64,000 nucleotides of DNA from Desulfurococcales archaeon (GTDB lineage Archaea; Thermoproteota; Thermoprotei_A; Sulfolobales; Desulfurococcaceae), in contig JALVYU010000026.1 of the NCBI GenBank assembly GCA_027022365.1, positions 64,001 through 128,000 on the forward strand, given 5' to 3'. The position numbers were made by a program, and so were the translations under genes. The notes below the pieces were generated by a model. The model worked only from the letters and a program-made list of their open reading frames with translations, was not told where the DNA came from and searched no databases. Shown piece by piece: positions 30,423 to 39,645 of this stretch. Every line of letters starts with the position of its first letter. Position 1 is the first letter of the stretch.

Positions 30423-30685
30423 CTTGTTGAGCTCTGGGTTACTGTTTGAAGCTCTTTAGTAATTCTGTGAAGAACTTCAAGCCCCTTCTTTGTAATGGAG
30501 TATTTTCCTTTAGAAACTTTAATTACGAATCCATGGATTATCAGCTCCTTGATATTATAATATATTGTTCCGACTGAAAGACCCGTTATTGATAGTAGCT
30601 CACTCAGCGATTTTGGCCCATCGCTTAACGCATATAATATCTTGCCCTGTGAAGATAACATTTTAATTACTTTGACGTCCTGCAT
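30419..30685 (-). CDS. winged-HTH transcription regulator
   Basis: GPKSLSELLSITGLSVGTIYYNIKEL...GKYSITKKG; GAGGT RBS. Confidence 0.82.
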   Translation of the reverse strand: MQDVKVIKMLSSQGKILYALSDGPKSLSELLSITGLSVGTIYYNIKELIIHGFVIKVSKGKYSITKKGLEVLHRITKELQTVTQSSTR

Positions 30686-30711
30686 GTTTCTTACCTCACT
30701 TTTTAAACAGA

Positions 30712-30942
30712 GTGCTTAAGGAACTAGAAAAGAGAGAACACCTGCTGATTTCAGAAGCTATAGCCATAGCGGGCTCAACAGTATTCTATCAGAGATACCT
30801 TCCATATCTCGAAGAAAAAGGATATGTTGTAAGCGAGAAAAAAAGAGAAGGGAGAAGAACAATAAGACTAATCAAGCTCACTGAGAAGGGCAAAAAGCTT
30901 CTCGAGCTCCTTGAGGAAATTAATAAGCTTGACAGGGAGTGA
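30712..30942 (+). CDS. winged-HTH transcription regulator
   Basis: LEEKGYVVSE...LIKLTEKGK wing motif. Confidence 0.75.
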   Translation: MLKELEKREHLLISEAIAIAGSTVFYQRYLPYLEEKGYVVSEKKREGRRTIRLIKLTEKGKKLLELLEEINKLDRE

Positions 30943-30990
30943 GTATAGTGTAGGCTTCGATGAGTTAATGGTAGTGTTCGGGGATATTAG

Positions 30991-31704
30991 GTGCTTATAA
31001 CGGATAGGGAGTTTCTTCGCAAACGGGATAGAGTTGTTCGTGATTTAATGAGATTATTTGATTCTTTAGGTATTGATAAGGGGTTCTTGAATGAACTTTA
31101 TAGTTGTAAGAGGGTTTCAGAGTTCAAGGATTGTTTAACGAAAGTGCTGAATAGTATAGATGCCCGAGGATTGATAGAGGATAGGGATTCATTTGCCAGT
31201 GATCTTAACAAGATTCTTACCAGGATACTGTTGAAGGCTGTCTTCATTAATGATAAATGGATTATATTCTACAGGGGACGTGGAAAAGGTAGCCGTGCCT
31301 ATGGGAGAATACGTATAGTAGTAAGTGTTATAAGTGGGGGTATAGCGGGTTTCTTCTACCTAGGCCTCTTCCTCCTATTTTTAGAGGTATATGATTTTCC
31401 AGGATTCATAAAGTACTGTACGTGGATAGCATTCGCTTACAATTCTTTTTGGACCATAGGCTACTTTATCGGGCTAAGAGAATGGACTACGGGAAAATAT
31501 AGTGTTAAACAATATATTGTAAACACCCTCTATATCCTAGCCCTCAACATTGTATTAGCGATGGTGTTTAGCCTTTTATACAGGGGAAATCCCTCATATC
31601 TCCTATATGCAGTAATATACCTGGGTTTAGCTATACTTCCATTTAAACCTAGACAAGAACGAGGAGAAGCCCCACCACCAATCTTCATACCAATACCTGT
31701 ATAG
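30991..31704 (+). CDS. membrane protein (~4 C-terminal TM helices)
   Basis: Hydrophobic C-terminal half. Confidence 0.65.
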   Translation: MLITDREFLRKRDRVVRDLMRLFDSLGIDKGFLNELYSCKRVSEFKDCLTKVLNSIDARGLIEDRDSFASDLNKILTRILLKAVFINDKWIIFYRGRGKGSRAYGRIRIVVSVISGGIAGFFYLGLFLLFLEVYDFPGFIKYCTWIAFAYNSFWTIGYFIGLREWTTGKYSVKQYIVNTLYILALNIVLAMVFSLLYRGNPSYLLYAVIYLGLAILPFKPRQERGEAPPPIFIPIPV

Positions 31705-31748
31705 CTTCGCTGGCTACCCCGTGGAAAGCTCTTCTACTAGCTTCTCTA

Positions 31749-32564
31749 CTATATTATATTATTGACTATATCTATGAATTTTCTGAAGTCATGGTTTTTC
31801 TCGGTCTCCTGCTTTATTACCGCGAAATAATCGGCAATAGTTTTCACGTTTTTCTGGGAGAGCAGTTTATTTATTCTATTTATGGATTCCAGCACGTTTT
31901 CGGCTGTTAATTCCCGGTTCATAAGGGCTTTGTATATTTCTTGTTTTAGCATTCTCCTTGCGGCTGGATAGACCCTTCTATACATGTTTATGTCAACTGT
32001 GTAGCCGCGTTTTCCTCTATAACCTTTCAGAAACAGTTCTCTCCTTACCAGCTCACTCAGCAACTCCGAGGAGGCATTGACGAGAACATCCACAGATAAC
32101 ATTCTTTCATTAAGCCATTCCTCCACGATCTTTATTACCTGGTCGATTTTGCCGAAGAACTTCTCCCTAACACTCTCGAAGACCTCTTCATAGTAAGGAC
32201 AGGATTCTTCGATAGCACGACATCTATCCATATACATTGAAAACAATGACTCGATATCTCTTCTAACATTGTCCCGATCCATGCCTTTTCTAAGATCATT
32301 CTCTATCCGGTTAAGGATGAAGTGGGCCAGTAAACACTTAGCTCCATGTATCCCGTAGTTCTTTACTATATAGCTGTACATGAGTGGGAACTCGTTCTTC
32401 TTAAACCCGAAATGAACCGGGGCCTTCTCCTCCAAATCCTGGTATGGGAGAACATCTTTAACCCGCGGAGGCTCTTCATCAATAACCCTATCTATAACCC
32501 TACACAGAACATCGTCTAATCCAAGGATCCTATAAACCTTGGAGTGAATCTCCCAGCCCGGCAT
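31749..32564 (-). CDS. MPxWxxH-type hypothetical protein (possible metal-dependent hydrolase)
   Basis: MPGWEIH...ID...H...HFILN; paralog of 39646-40407. Confidence 0.6.
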   Translation of the reverse strand: MPGWEIHSKVYRILGLDDVLCRVIDRVIDEEPPRVKDVLPYQDLEEKAPVHFGFKKNEFPLMYSYIVKNYGIHGAKCLLAHFILNRIENDLRKGMDRDNVRRDIESLFSMYMDRCRAIEESCPYYEEVFESVREKFFGKIDQVIKIVEEWLNERMLSVDVLVNASSELLSELVRRELFLKGYRGKRGYTVDINMYRRVYPAARRMLKQEIYKALMNRELTAENVLESINRINKLLSQKNVKTIADYFAVIKQETEKNHDFRKFIDIVNNII

Positions 32565-32720
32565 AGGATATCAGCCTAATATTAGTTTATGAGGTCTTCT
32601 CCATAAAAAGGGTACATGGAGTATCTTGGAAGATAAGGTACTTGGGGATTATGATATGCCGAAAAACCTGTGGCTTCAGGCGACGGGTGGGCAGGGAACG
32701 CTTTTCTAGCTCTTTCTGGG

Positions 32721-32888
32721 CTACTTGTGTATTCCTAGCCTGGCTATTACTCCGGCTACGTGTTCTTGTTCTAGGGTATCAATTATATCGTCAATGATCT
32801 CAAGTGCTTCATCTATGCTTGGGGCTGTAGCTACCCGGTCTCGGATATACTTTATGATTGCTATGCATTCGGAGCATGGGTTGTTCAC
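32721..32888 (-). CDS. small hypothetical protein, 55 aa (MNNPCSECIAIIKYIRDRV...)
   Basis: Hand-translated; GGAGGTGG RBS upstream of the GTG. Confidence 0.5.
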   Translation of the reverse strand: MNNPCSECIAIIKYIRDRVATAPSIDEALEIIDDIIDTLEQEHVAGVIARLGIHK

Positions 32889-33051
32889 CCGGCTCCCACC
32901 TCCCCCGCGGTTGTTCCCCGCTAGGCTCTCGGTAGCCGTATTTAAAACACTGGGGCACCGGCAAAACTATTTGGGGATGAAAAGGATCTCCTGAGTACTT
33001 CAAGGCTCTGCTTTATAAGGATGAAAGTATTCAATACAGGGGTACAGCGTC

Positions 33052-33675
33052 ATGCTTGTCTATGATAAATCCAGGGCCGAAGTAGTGGATGCGGAGACCG
33101 GCCTAGTGGTTGAGGATAGACTTATTGATCCGGGGCCCGAGTGGAGGAGCTACAGGCCGGAGAGCCGTAGATGCCACATAATGCACCGCCGGGAACCCGA
33201 GGAACTGAGGTTCTTCCGGGGCCTAGTACCCAGATACGTGTATGAGGACGCTGGCCATATTATGAGGAAGCTGAGGCTCGGAGGCCGTGCAGGGGCCCTA
33301 GCAGCCCTTATGTATTCCGCCAAGAGGTACGGCGTACCCCTACCAGCCGAGGTATTCTACTTCATCGATTATGAGAAGAGGAGCGTCTACAGGGTCTATA
33401 GGAGGATCGTGGAGGAGCTGGGGCCGCCCGGTAGGATGGAGGATGCGGCTGTAGCCCAGGTGGCCGGGCTGGCGGTTAGACTCGGCAAACCGCACCTAGC
33501 TCCATTAGTGGTTAAACTATATAGGAGGCTCAGGGAGAGGAACCAAGGCTATAGATCCACTACCCTAGCCGCCGTAGCCCTCGTCAAAGCCGGGCTCCCC
33601 GCCCGGGAAGTCTCCAAGTATCTTGGAGTAGCCCCCTCTACGCTCTCCAAGGCATTGAAACGGGTGGAGGCCTGA
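33052..33675 (+). CDS. divergent, shortened transcription factor B (TFB/TFIIB) homolog
   Basis: YDKSRAEVVDAETGLVVEDRLIDPGPEWRSY (Cys-less ribbon plus B-reader), cyclin-like AALMYSAKRYGVP and TLAAVAL, C-terminal HTH AREVSKYLGVAPSTL. Confidence 0.82.
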   Translation: MLVYDKSRAEVVDAETGLVVEDRLIDPGPEWRSYRPESRRCHIMHRREPEELRFFRGLVPRYVYEDAGHIMRKLRLGGRAGALAALMYSAKRYGVPLPAEVFYFIDYEKRSVYRVYRRIVEELGPPGRMEDAAVAQVAGLAVRLGKPHLAPLVVKLYRRLRERNQGYRSTTLAAVALVKAGLPAREVSKYLGVAPSTLSKALKRVEA

Positions 33676-33679
33676 GACG

Positions 33680-34186
33680 TTGGAGCCCCGCGTAGAAATA
33701 GTAAACATCGTCGCAACGATCAAGCTAGAGCCGATGCCAGATCCTGGAGAAGTACTGGGGAAGATACCGGGCTCCAGGCCAGTTAAGAGGTTCCGGGGAG
33801 CAATGCTGAGGATCGGTAAAACCCCTGTGCTGTTCTACAAGAAGAAAATCATAGTAACCGGGGCGAAGAATACCGAGGAGCTCAGAGACACTATAAGGAA
33901 ACTAGTAAGTGTGCTTCATAGGTACGGTATGGAAGCAAAGCCTAGGGGATACGAGATAGTCAATGTAACTGCTAAGGTGGATTTAGGTAGAAGGATAAAC
34001 CTCGTAGAAGCCGCGGAGAGGCTTGGCGGCATCTATGACCCGGACTACAGGCCATACATGGTGGCAAGGATAAACGATACAGTGATAATGCTATCACACA
34101 ACGGAAAACTAGTAATGCTGGGAGCAAAGTCCATTAAAAAATGCTATATGATTTCCGAACATGTTGTTAACAATATATTTCCGTAA
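33680..34186 (+). CDS. divergent TATA-binding protein homolog
   Basis: Two TBP repeats: IVNIVAT...TGAK and IVNVTA.VDLG..INL...YDP...GKLVMLGAKS. Confidence 0.88.
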   Translation: MEPRVEIVNIVATIKLEPMPDPGEVLGKIPGSRPVKRFRGAMLRIGKTPVLFYKKKIIVTGAKNTEELRDTIRKLVSVLHRYGMEAKPRGYEIVNVTAKVDLGRRINLVEAAERLGGIYDPDYRPYMVARINDTVIMLSHNGKLVMLGAKSIKKCYMISEHVVNNIFP

Positions 34187-34340
34187 TACATTCTAGCCAG
34201 TAATATATTTGAGCCAAAGTGTGCTCTGCATTCTCAGACTAAGCACTGTTGCTGAAAATGTTCTATGAAATATATCCCATAAATTATCCGGAAACAGTAA
34301 CTATAAGTGATAGAATATTACATGATTTATATAGAAAAAG

Positions 34341-34823
34341 ATGGTGATGTTTTTAATGAGCTTCCATATAGTTTTATCTGAGGAGGAGACATTTAATAGA
34401 CTAGTGAAGTATTTTGTAGGAAGGAGATTAAAGATACTATCTCTACATAAACCTTCACACATTAAAGTGGAAATCGGCAAATTGTTCTCACTATGGTTTG
34501 GAGAAGCGTTAGGGGTTGTGGATATCAATATTATGAAGCTGGGCAATCATAGTTTAGTCAATCTATACTTTAACTTTCTTAGGGAATATATCTCCGGATT
34601 AATATTGTCTATACTGCTATCGTTTATTCTCACTATATATGGACTACTCATAGACGCGCCCTGGGATGCTGTACTTCTTTTAGCGATTACTGTATTCGCA
34701 ATAGTTATGCTCCTAGAGGGATACAATGTGGCCGTAACAAGGAAGAAGTTCGTAGAGGAGCTATCTTTATTCGTTCAATCAATAAACTCAAACAAGGTGA
34801 ATATAAATGGCAGGCATGATTGA
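34341..34823 (+). CDS. two-TM membrane protein
   Basis: Hydrophobic hairpin near the C-terminus; overlaps the next gene. Confidence 0.6.
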   Translation: MVMFLMSFHIVLSEEETFNRLVKYFVGRRLKILSLHKPSHIKVEIGKLFSLWFGEALGVVDINIMKLGNHSLVNLYFNFLREYISGLILSILLSFILTIYGLLIDAPWDAVLLLAITVFAIVMLLEGYNVAVTRKKFVEELSLFVQSINSNKVNINGRHD

Positions 34824-35877
34824 TCGTGGAGAAAGAAAAGCTGGGGTACCAGTTGTAGCTCTCATTATTACACTAGTATTCATTGCCTTATTGACTATTC
34901 TTTCACCCAAAGTCGACATCTTTACCACATCATCAACGAATAACACCGGAGGAGCTTCCGCGGACCTTGAAAAGCTTATATTAAGCAAGGTCGACCCGTT
35001 AGCCGTCAGAGAATTCGCCGTTAAACTAACAACTGATCCTCTCAATGCTTTTCCTAATCTATGGAGTAAGTATACTTTAATAGATGAGGAAAGATTCCTC
35101 GAGAAAGGCTATTACTGGTATATAAAGATTAGATTGAGTACGCTCGAAGGAATAAATGGAAGTATAGAGTCAAATACACCAGTAGATTTCTATGTTGTTG
35201 ATGAAGAAGACTTTCTACATTTCAAAGAAGGAGAATCATTCTATTACTACACAAAGCCTTCACGTATAAACATATACAGATCAAGCTTTGAGTGGAATGC
35301 ACCACGTGATGGAACATATTATCTAATAGTATATGCAAAATATGGGAATGCAAGGGTAAAACTAAGAGTCGATACATTCACGAAACCCTTCCTAAGCGGG
35401 TTCCCATATAATATAGAAGACAGAGAAGCATGGTATATATGGATAATAAACGTATGGGTCGCAAAGAACATACACTACATCCCGGATCCAAATTTTGAAC
35501 TAGTACAAGATCCTAAACAAACATTAAGGCTAAGAGCTGGAGACTGTGATGATGTAGCAGTACTAATGGCGTCTATGTATCAAGCAGTAGGGCTAAAAAC
35601 CAAATTCGCAGAAGTAGATACAGATGGAGACGGAAAAATAGACCATATAACAGTCCTAGTGTACTACCATGGAACACCTAAAGAATTCCTAGACAGCGAA
35701 GAAACAATAGCATTCATGGCAGGACTAATATCAAGACTGCCAGATGAATACTCGGTAAGATACATAAAAGGCAATAACGGCATATGGATCATAGCTGACC
35801 CATTATTCTCGGAAAGCAACTACTGTGTAGGAATGATAGAACACGAACCATACAAAATAAAAAATATATTCCCATAA
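34807..35877 (+). CDS. membrane-anchored transglutaminase-like cysteine protease domain protein
   Basis: N-terminal TM; GDCDD, DH and ADP triad residues. Confidence 0.78.
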   Translation: MAGMIDRGERKAGVPVVALIITLVFIALLTILSPKVDIFTTSSTNNTGGASADLEKLILSKVDPLAVREFAVKLTTDPLNAFPNLWSKYTLIDEERFLEKGYYWYIKIRLSTLEGINGSIESNTPVDFYVVDEEDFLHFKEGESFYYYTKPSRINIYRSSFEWNAPRDGTYYLIVYAKYGNARVKLRVDTFTKPFLSGFPYNIEDREAWYIWIINVWVAKNIHYIPDPNFELVQDPKQTLRLRAGDCDDVAVLMASMYQAVGLKTKFAEVDTDGDGKIDHITVLVYYHGTPKEFLDSEETIAFMAGLISRLPDEYSVRYIKGNNGIWIIADPLFSESNYCVGMIEHEPYKIKNIFP

Positions 35878-36238
35878 ATAGCAATGTATGGGCTGGATCC
35901 TCGCGGTTTGATGATGAAGTGTTAATTGGAACGTATTTTAGCGTCGCTTAAATCATATTACACTATATATAATTACATAATGATGTTAATAATTATTATA
36001 TGTTGTTCAGATGCTTAAACAGTTGTTGTAAATTACACTGTACATGGTACTTATACGGTGTCCGGTGCTTTATTCTCGCTTTATTTATCTATACAATTCC
36101 CCATGTAGTTTCGATACACTGGGGAGTACACTCCAGTTTGTACTTGTGTTTATACTCCAGTTTGTACTCTGGGAGCGAGACACGAGTGTATCGGTGTACT
36201 ATGCGGAGCATGTCACTCTACGTTATCAATAAGTAACT

Positions 36239-36532
36239 ATGGACTACGCTGGTGGATTGTTAATGGTGGCTGTATTGAAGGTTGTCCAGTGTATTCTCGG
36301 CTACCTGGCGGAGAAGGAGATAGCGATGCCCATACAGGTGGAGCGTGACCTGAAAATATCGAGGTACCTGGTGTTCGGCTCCCTGATAATCATGGAGGAG
36401 CTCGGCCTCGTCGAAGCGATTGCCAAGAGGGCTAACTGGAAGCTCTACAGGATAACCGATAAAGGCAGAGAATTATTGGAGAAGGGAAAAACAGTTATAG
36501 AGTTGGAGGCTACCGGCCGAGAACCCTCTTAA
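36239..36532 (+). CDS. winged-HTH protein
   Basis: MEELGLVE...KLYRITDKGR. Confidence 0.7.
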   Translation: MDYAGGLLMVAVLKVVQCILGYLAEKEIAMPIQVERDLKISRYLVFGSLIIMEELGLVEAIAKRANWKLYRITDKGRELLEKGKTVIELEATGREPS

Positions 36533-38465
36533 CGGCATCTACAACGTTGTCGGGGATAGCCGCTTCAGCCCCGAAACCCCTAATGTAATCCAGGTATTTT
36601 TCACCCACCACGAACAGTATTCTAGCCCCGCTTTTCCCGGCCCTCTCAATGTATTTCCTTATCTTCCCGGGATCCCTGCTGGGACGGGTCTCCACCTCGA
36701 TGAACAAGACATTACCAGTATCCCATGAATTGGCGTCTCGGTATGGTATGGCGATTACATCTGGGATCTCCCGGAGAGGCTCTTCGCCGGTATCGATCCA
36801 TGTCCATACTCCGAGGTTAAGCCTCAGCTCCTCCACGATCCTCCTGATAGCTTCCTGGTGCTCGGGTCCTCCAGCCCTCTCACCGCTAAACACCATCTCT
36901 ACAAGCCTCCTACCCTTATCCGTAAGTTTGTAGAGCCTAGGCCTCCTACCCCTACCACGGGTTCCTGCCTCATAGACCTCTACAAGGCCGAGCTCAGCCA
37001 GCCCGCGGAAAACGCCATACACAGAACTACCCGATATACCGAAGAACCCGGCAACACGCTTCTCCAAAACCTTAGTAGGCATATCGCCCTCATAGTACAA
37101 CACATACAATACATAAGCCTCTATAGGCCTGACCGGGGGCTCTTTAACCTGGATAGTACCGGGCTCCTCCTTTTCTCCAGCCTCCTCGGCTACTTTAGCT
37201 TCGGCTTTCTCCTCTACCGGGGCCCCGTAGAGTTCCAGGCTCCTTGCTATCCTTTTACTGATCTCCGGGTCATCCTCAAACATAGATCCCTGGACATCAA
37301 CGGGAATATATACTGTATTGAGGGTGAAGGGTCTAACAGGCTTACCGTGGACCTCGGTTTTAACCGCGAACCAGTAGAGAGGCAAATTGATCAAGTCTTT
37401 CTCGGAGAATATAGGCTCGTAGAGCTTGGCCAGTAGCTTAGCCGATTTAAGCCCAACCCTGAACGTTATAAAGGTTCTGCAGTTGCCTAGTATGGCGTCC
37501 AGTATCTCCCGCGGGTACTGCTCGGGATATTGAGTAGCCAGTGTAAGATATAGCTTGTACTTACGGGCCTCGGCAAGAATATCGATAAGGGTTGGAACGG
37601 TGAAGTTGTGGGCCTCGTCGATGTATAGGTAGTGTGGGATCCTCATCCTAGGAGCAACATCGATTCTGGACATGGCCGCCGAGAAAATCTTGCCGATGAT
37701 CAATGTGCCGAGGAAGTGTGAAACCTCTTCGGTGAGCCTACCCTTACTGAGATTAATGACTATGAAAGCCCTCGAATCCATGAGCTTCCTGAAGTCAATA
37801 GTGGACCTTCTAGCAGAGAATATAGGGCGGAGTATCCTGGAGCCAACGAGCTTGCTTATCTTGTTCACAACGCTGATAATAGCGTCTTTTGGTAGGCGGG
37901 GCCATTCCTCCTCCCAGAACTTAGCCACCAGGGGATCCTCGACATTAGCTACGAGCTCGTTTCTCCTATCCTCGTCGACAAGCAGATAGTAGAGATCCAG
38001 GAGACTAGTAGACCCAGGCGGCTGCTCTAGGAGGGTGTTTACACAGTTCCTCAATATATGCTCCAGCCTAGGACCCCAGAAGTCCTTGAAAAGCTTCTGC
38101 AACGCAGAAATAAACGCCTCACCCACACGCTCCCTATCCCATTCATCACGATACTCGAGGAAGTTTATCCTCACGGTCTTGCCGAATACCTTAATCGTTG
38201 TGGGGTCTATGTAGACAAGCCTATCAACTCTATCCTCGGGTATCAGCTTAACGATTTCAAGGGCAAGGTCTCCATGCGGGTCCAGCAGGCTGAATCCCTC
38301 GCCGAGGTCTATGTGTTGCTTGATAAGGAACTTGAGCAACGTCGACTTGCCTGTGCCGGATTTACCGAAAACCGCTATGTGGAGGCGATCCACCTTATAG
38401 ATCCCGTACTTCTTCTCCTTAAAGGATCCAAGGTACACTACCTCGTCTAGACGCTTAAGCTCCAC
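36510..38465 (-). CDS. VirD4/TraG-HerA-like ATPase fused to wHTH and PD-(D/E)xK-like domains
   Basis: GKSGTGKS Walker A, LDPHGD, YIDEAHNF Walker B, EARKY..LATQ; C-terminal PDVI...FIEVET. Confidence 0.85.
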   Translation of the reverse strand: MELKRLDEVVYLGSFKEKKYGIYKVDRLHIAVFGKSGTGKSTLLKFLIKQHIDLGEGFSLLDPHGDLALEIVKLIPEDRVDRLVYIDPTTIKVFGKTVRINFLEYRDEWDRERVGEAFISALQKLFKDFWGPRLEHILRNCVNTLLEQPPGSTSLLDLYYLLVDEDRRNELVANVEDPLVAKFWEEEWPRLPKDAIISVVNKISKLVGSRILRPIFSARRSTIDFRKLMDSRAFIVINLSKGRLTEEVSHFLGTLIIGKIFSAAMSRIDVAPRMRIPHYLYIDEAHNFTVPTLIDILAEARKYKLYLTLATQYPEQYPREILDAILGNCRTFITFRVGLKSAKLLAKLYEPIFSEKDLINLPLYWFAVKTEVHGKPVRPFTLNTVYIPVDVQGSMFEDDPEISKRIARSLELYGAPVEEKAEAKVAEEAGEKEEPGTIQVKEPPVRPIEAYVLYVLYYEGDMPTKVLEKRVAGFFGISGSSVYGVFRGLAELGLVEVYEAGTRGRGRRPRLYKLTDKGRRLVEMVFSGERAGGPEHQEAIRRIVEELRLNLGVWTWIDTGEEPLREIPDVIAIPYRDANSWDTGNVLFIEVETRPSRDPGKIRKYIERAGKSGARILFVVGEKYLDYIRGFGAEAAIPDNVVDAVKRVLGR

Positions 38466-38639
38466 TACCCTCTCACCATCGGGAAAATGATTACGGGAGA
38501 CACGTAGTTGCAGGTTAATGGATAAGTGTGGTGTACCGACCCCTTACAAGCTAGTCATGGAGGCCTCCAAGGGATTACGGGTTAGTATTCTCCCGCAACT
38601 ATGCTTAACCGTTCCACTCTATAACGTGGTGTATGAACC

Positions 38640-39578
38640 GTGTGGTCTTACCTCGAGATAATCCCTCACCCGGAGACCAGGATTGAACCCCTACAATTAG
38701 AGGATTTCATAGCGGCACTTTACGGTACAAGGGCTACCTGGGCATACATTATAGTATATGACGGCGGCCATCTAGGCTTCTACTACATAGTGCCTCGGCA
38801 ACTAACGAATAGTACGGTTAAGAGCCTTGAGTCAAGGTTCAACAAGATCATTATAGAGGAATCCAAGCCCCCTAGATTGATCGATTATAAATATTATACG
38901 GAGCTTAGACTGCTCAAAAGCTTCTACTACCCATTATTCCACCTAACAAGACAGAAAGAGATAGAATCCAACCCCGTAGACGTGATTGCCTCAAGCATGC
39001 TCGGAGGGGAGAGCATGGTATTAATAATAGCTACGCCAGAGCCCCGCGGAGCAGGAGTAATAGCTGGATTCGTCTACGAGAAGAAAACAGGTAAACCAGC
39101 AAGCACTGGGAAAATAATACTAAAAGAAGCCCTAAGCCTAGGAGACGCATTCTTCGGCTCAACAAGCTCTACCACGTCAAAACAACAATACGTGTATAAG
39201 CCCGAGCTAACCGAGGAGGAGAAAAGAATCCTACGTGAAGCCCAGTACAAGATGCACCACCAACTATACGCAACGAGGATAATAGTCCTAGCAAAGGAGG
39301 AAGACCTAGTCTACGATATAGCCAGTAGCTTCAATCAATTCCCATTAAATGGTTTCACCTTTAAAGTAAAAGAGGTGAACGAGAAGATCCTCCGAGAGAT
39401 AAAAGAGCTTAAACCAAGAAGACTGGGCCTGTTATTTAAGGATAAGAAAATACCGGTCCTGAGCCCTAGAGAACTAGCGGCATATGTGAACCTGCCTACG
39501 GCACTGGATACTTTGCCGGTGAAAACTGCTTCAATAATACTTAATCCCCCGCCTGAAATCCCGGAGGAAGCGGATTAA
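38640..39578 (+). CDS. hypothetical protein resembling the N-terminal domain of large T4CP-like ATPases
   Basis: Ends VLSPRELAAYVNLP...PPPEIP; divergent from the ATPase. Confidence 0.55.
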   Translation: MWSYLEIIPHPETRIEPLQLEDFIAALYGTRATWAYIIVYDGGHLGFYYIVPRQLTNSTVKSLESRFNKIIIEESKPPRLIDYKYYTELRLLKSFYYPLFHLTRQKEIESNPVDVIASSMLGGESMVLIIATPEPRGAGVIAGFVYEKKTGKPASTGKIILKEALSLGDAFFGSTSSTTSKQQYVYKPELTEEEKRILREAQYKMHHQLYATRIIVLAKEEDLVYDIASSFNQFPLNGFTFKVKEVNEKILREIKELKPRRLGLLFKDKKIPVLSPRELAAYVNLPTALDTLPVKTASIILNPPPEIPEEAD

Positions 39579-39645
39579 GCATTACATGCTCTTTCACTTG
39601 GCTTATTAGTGAATAGCATTACATTGATTTATCTAGGGGTATAGG

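Noticed and set aside
36000-36236. 78-aa Cys-rich ORF as a second RiPP precursor
   Set aside because: No RBS, random-looking composition, and 9 kb from the maturases.
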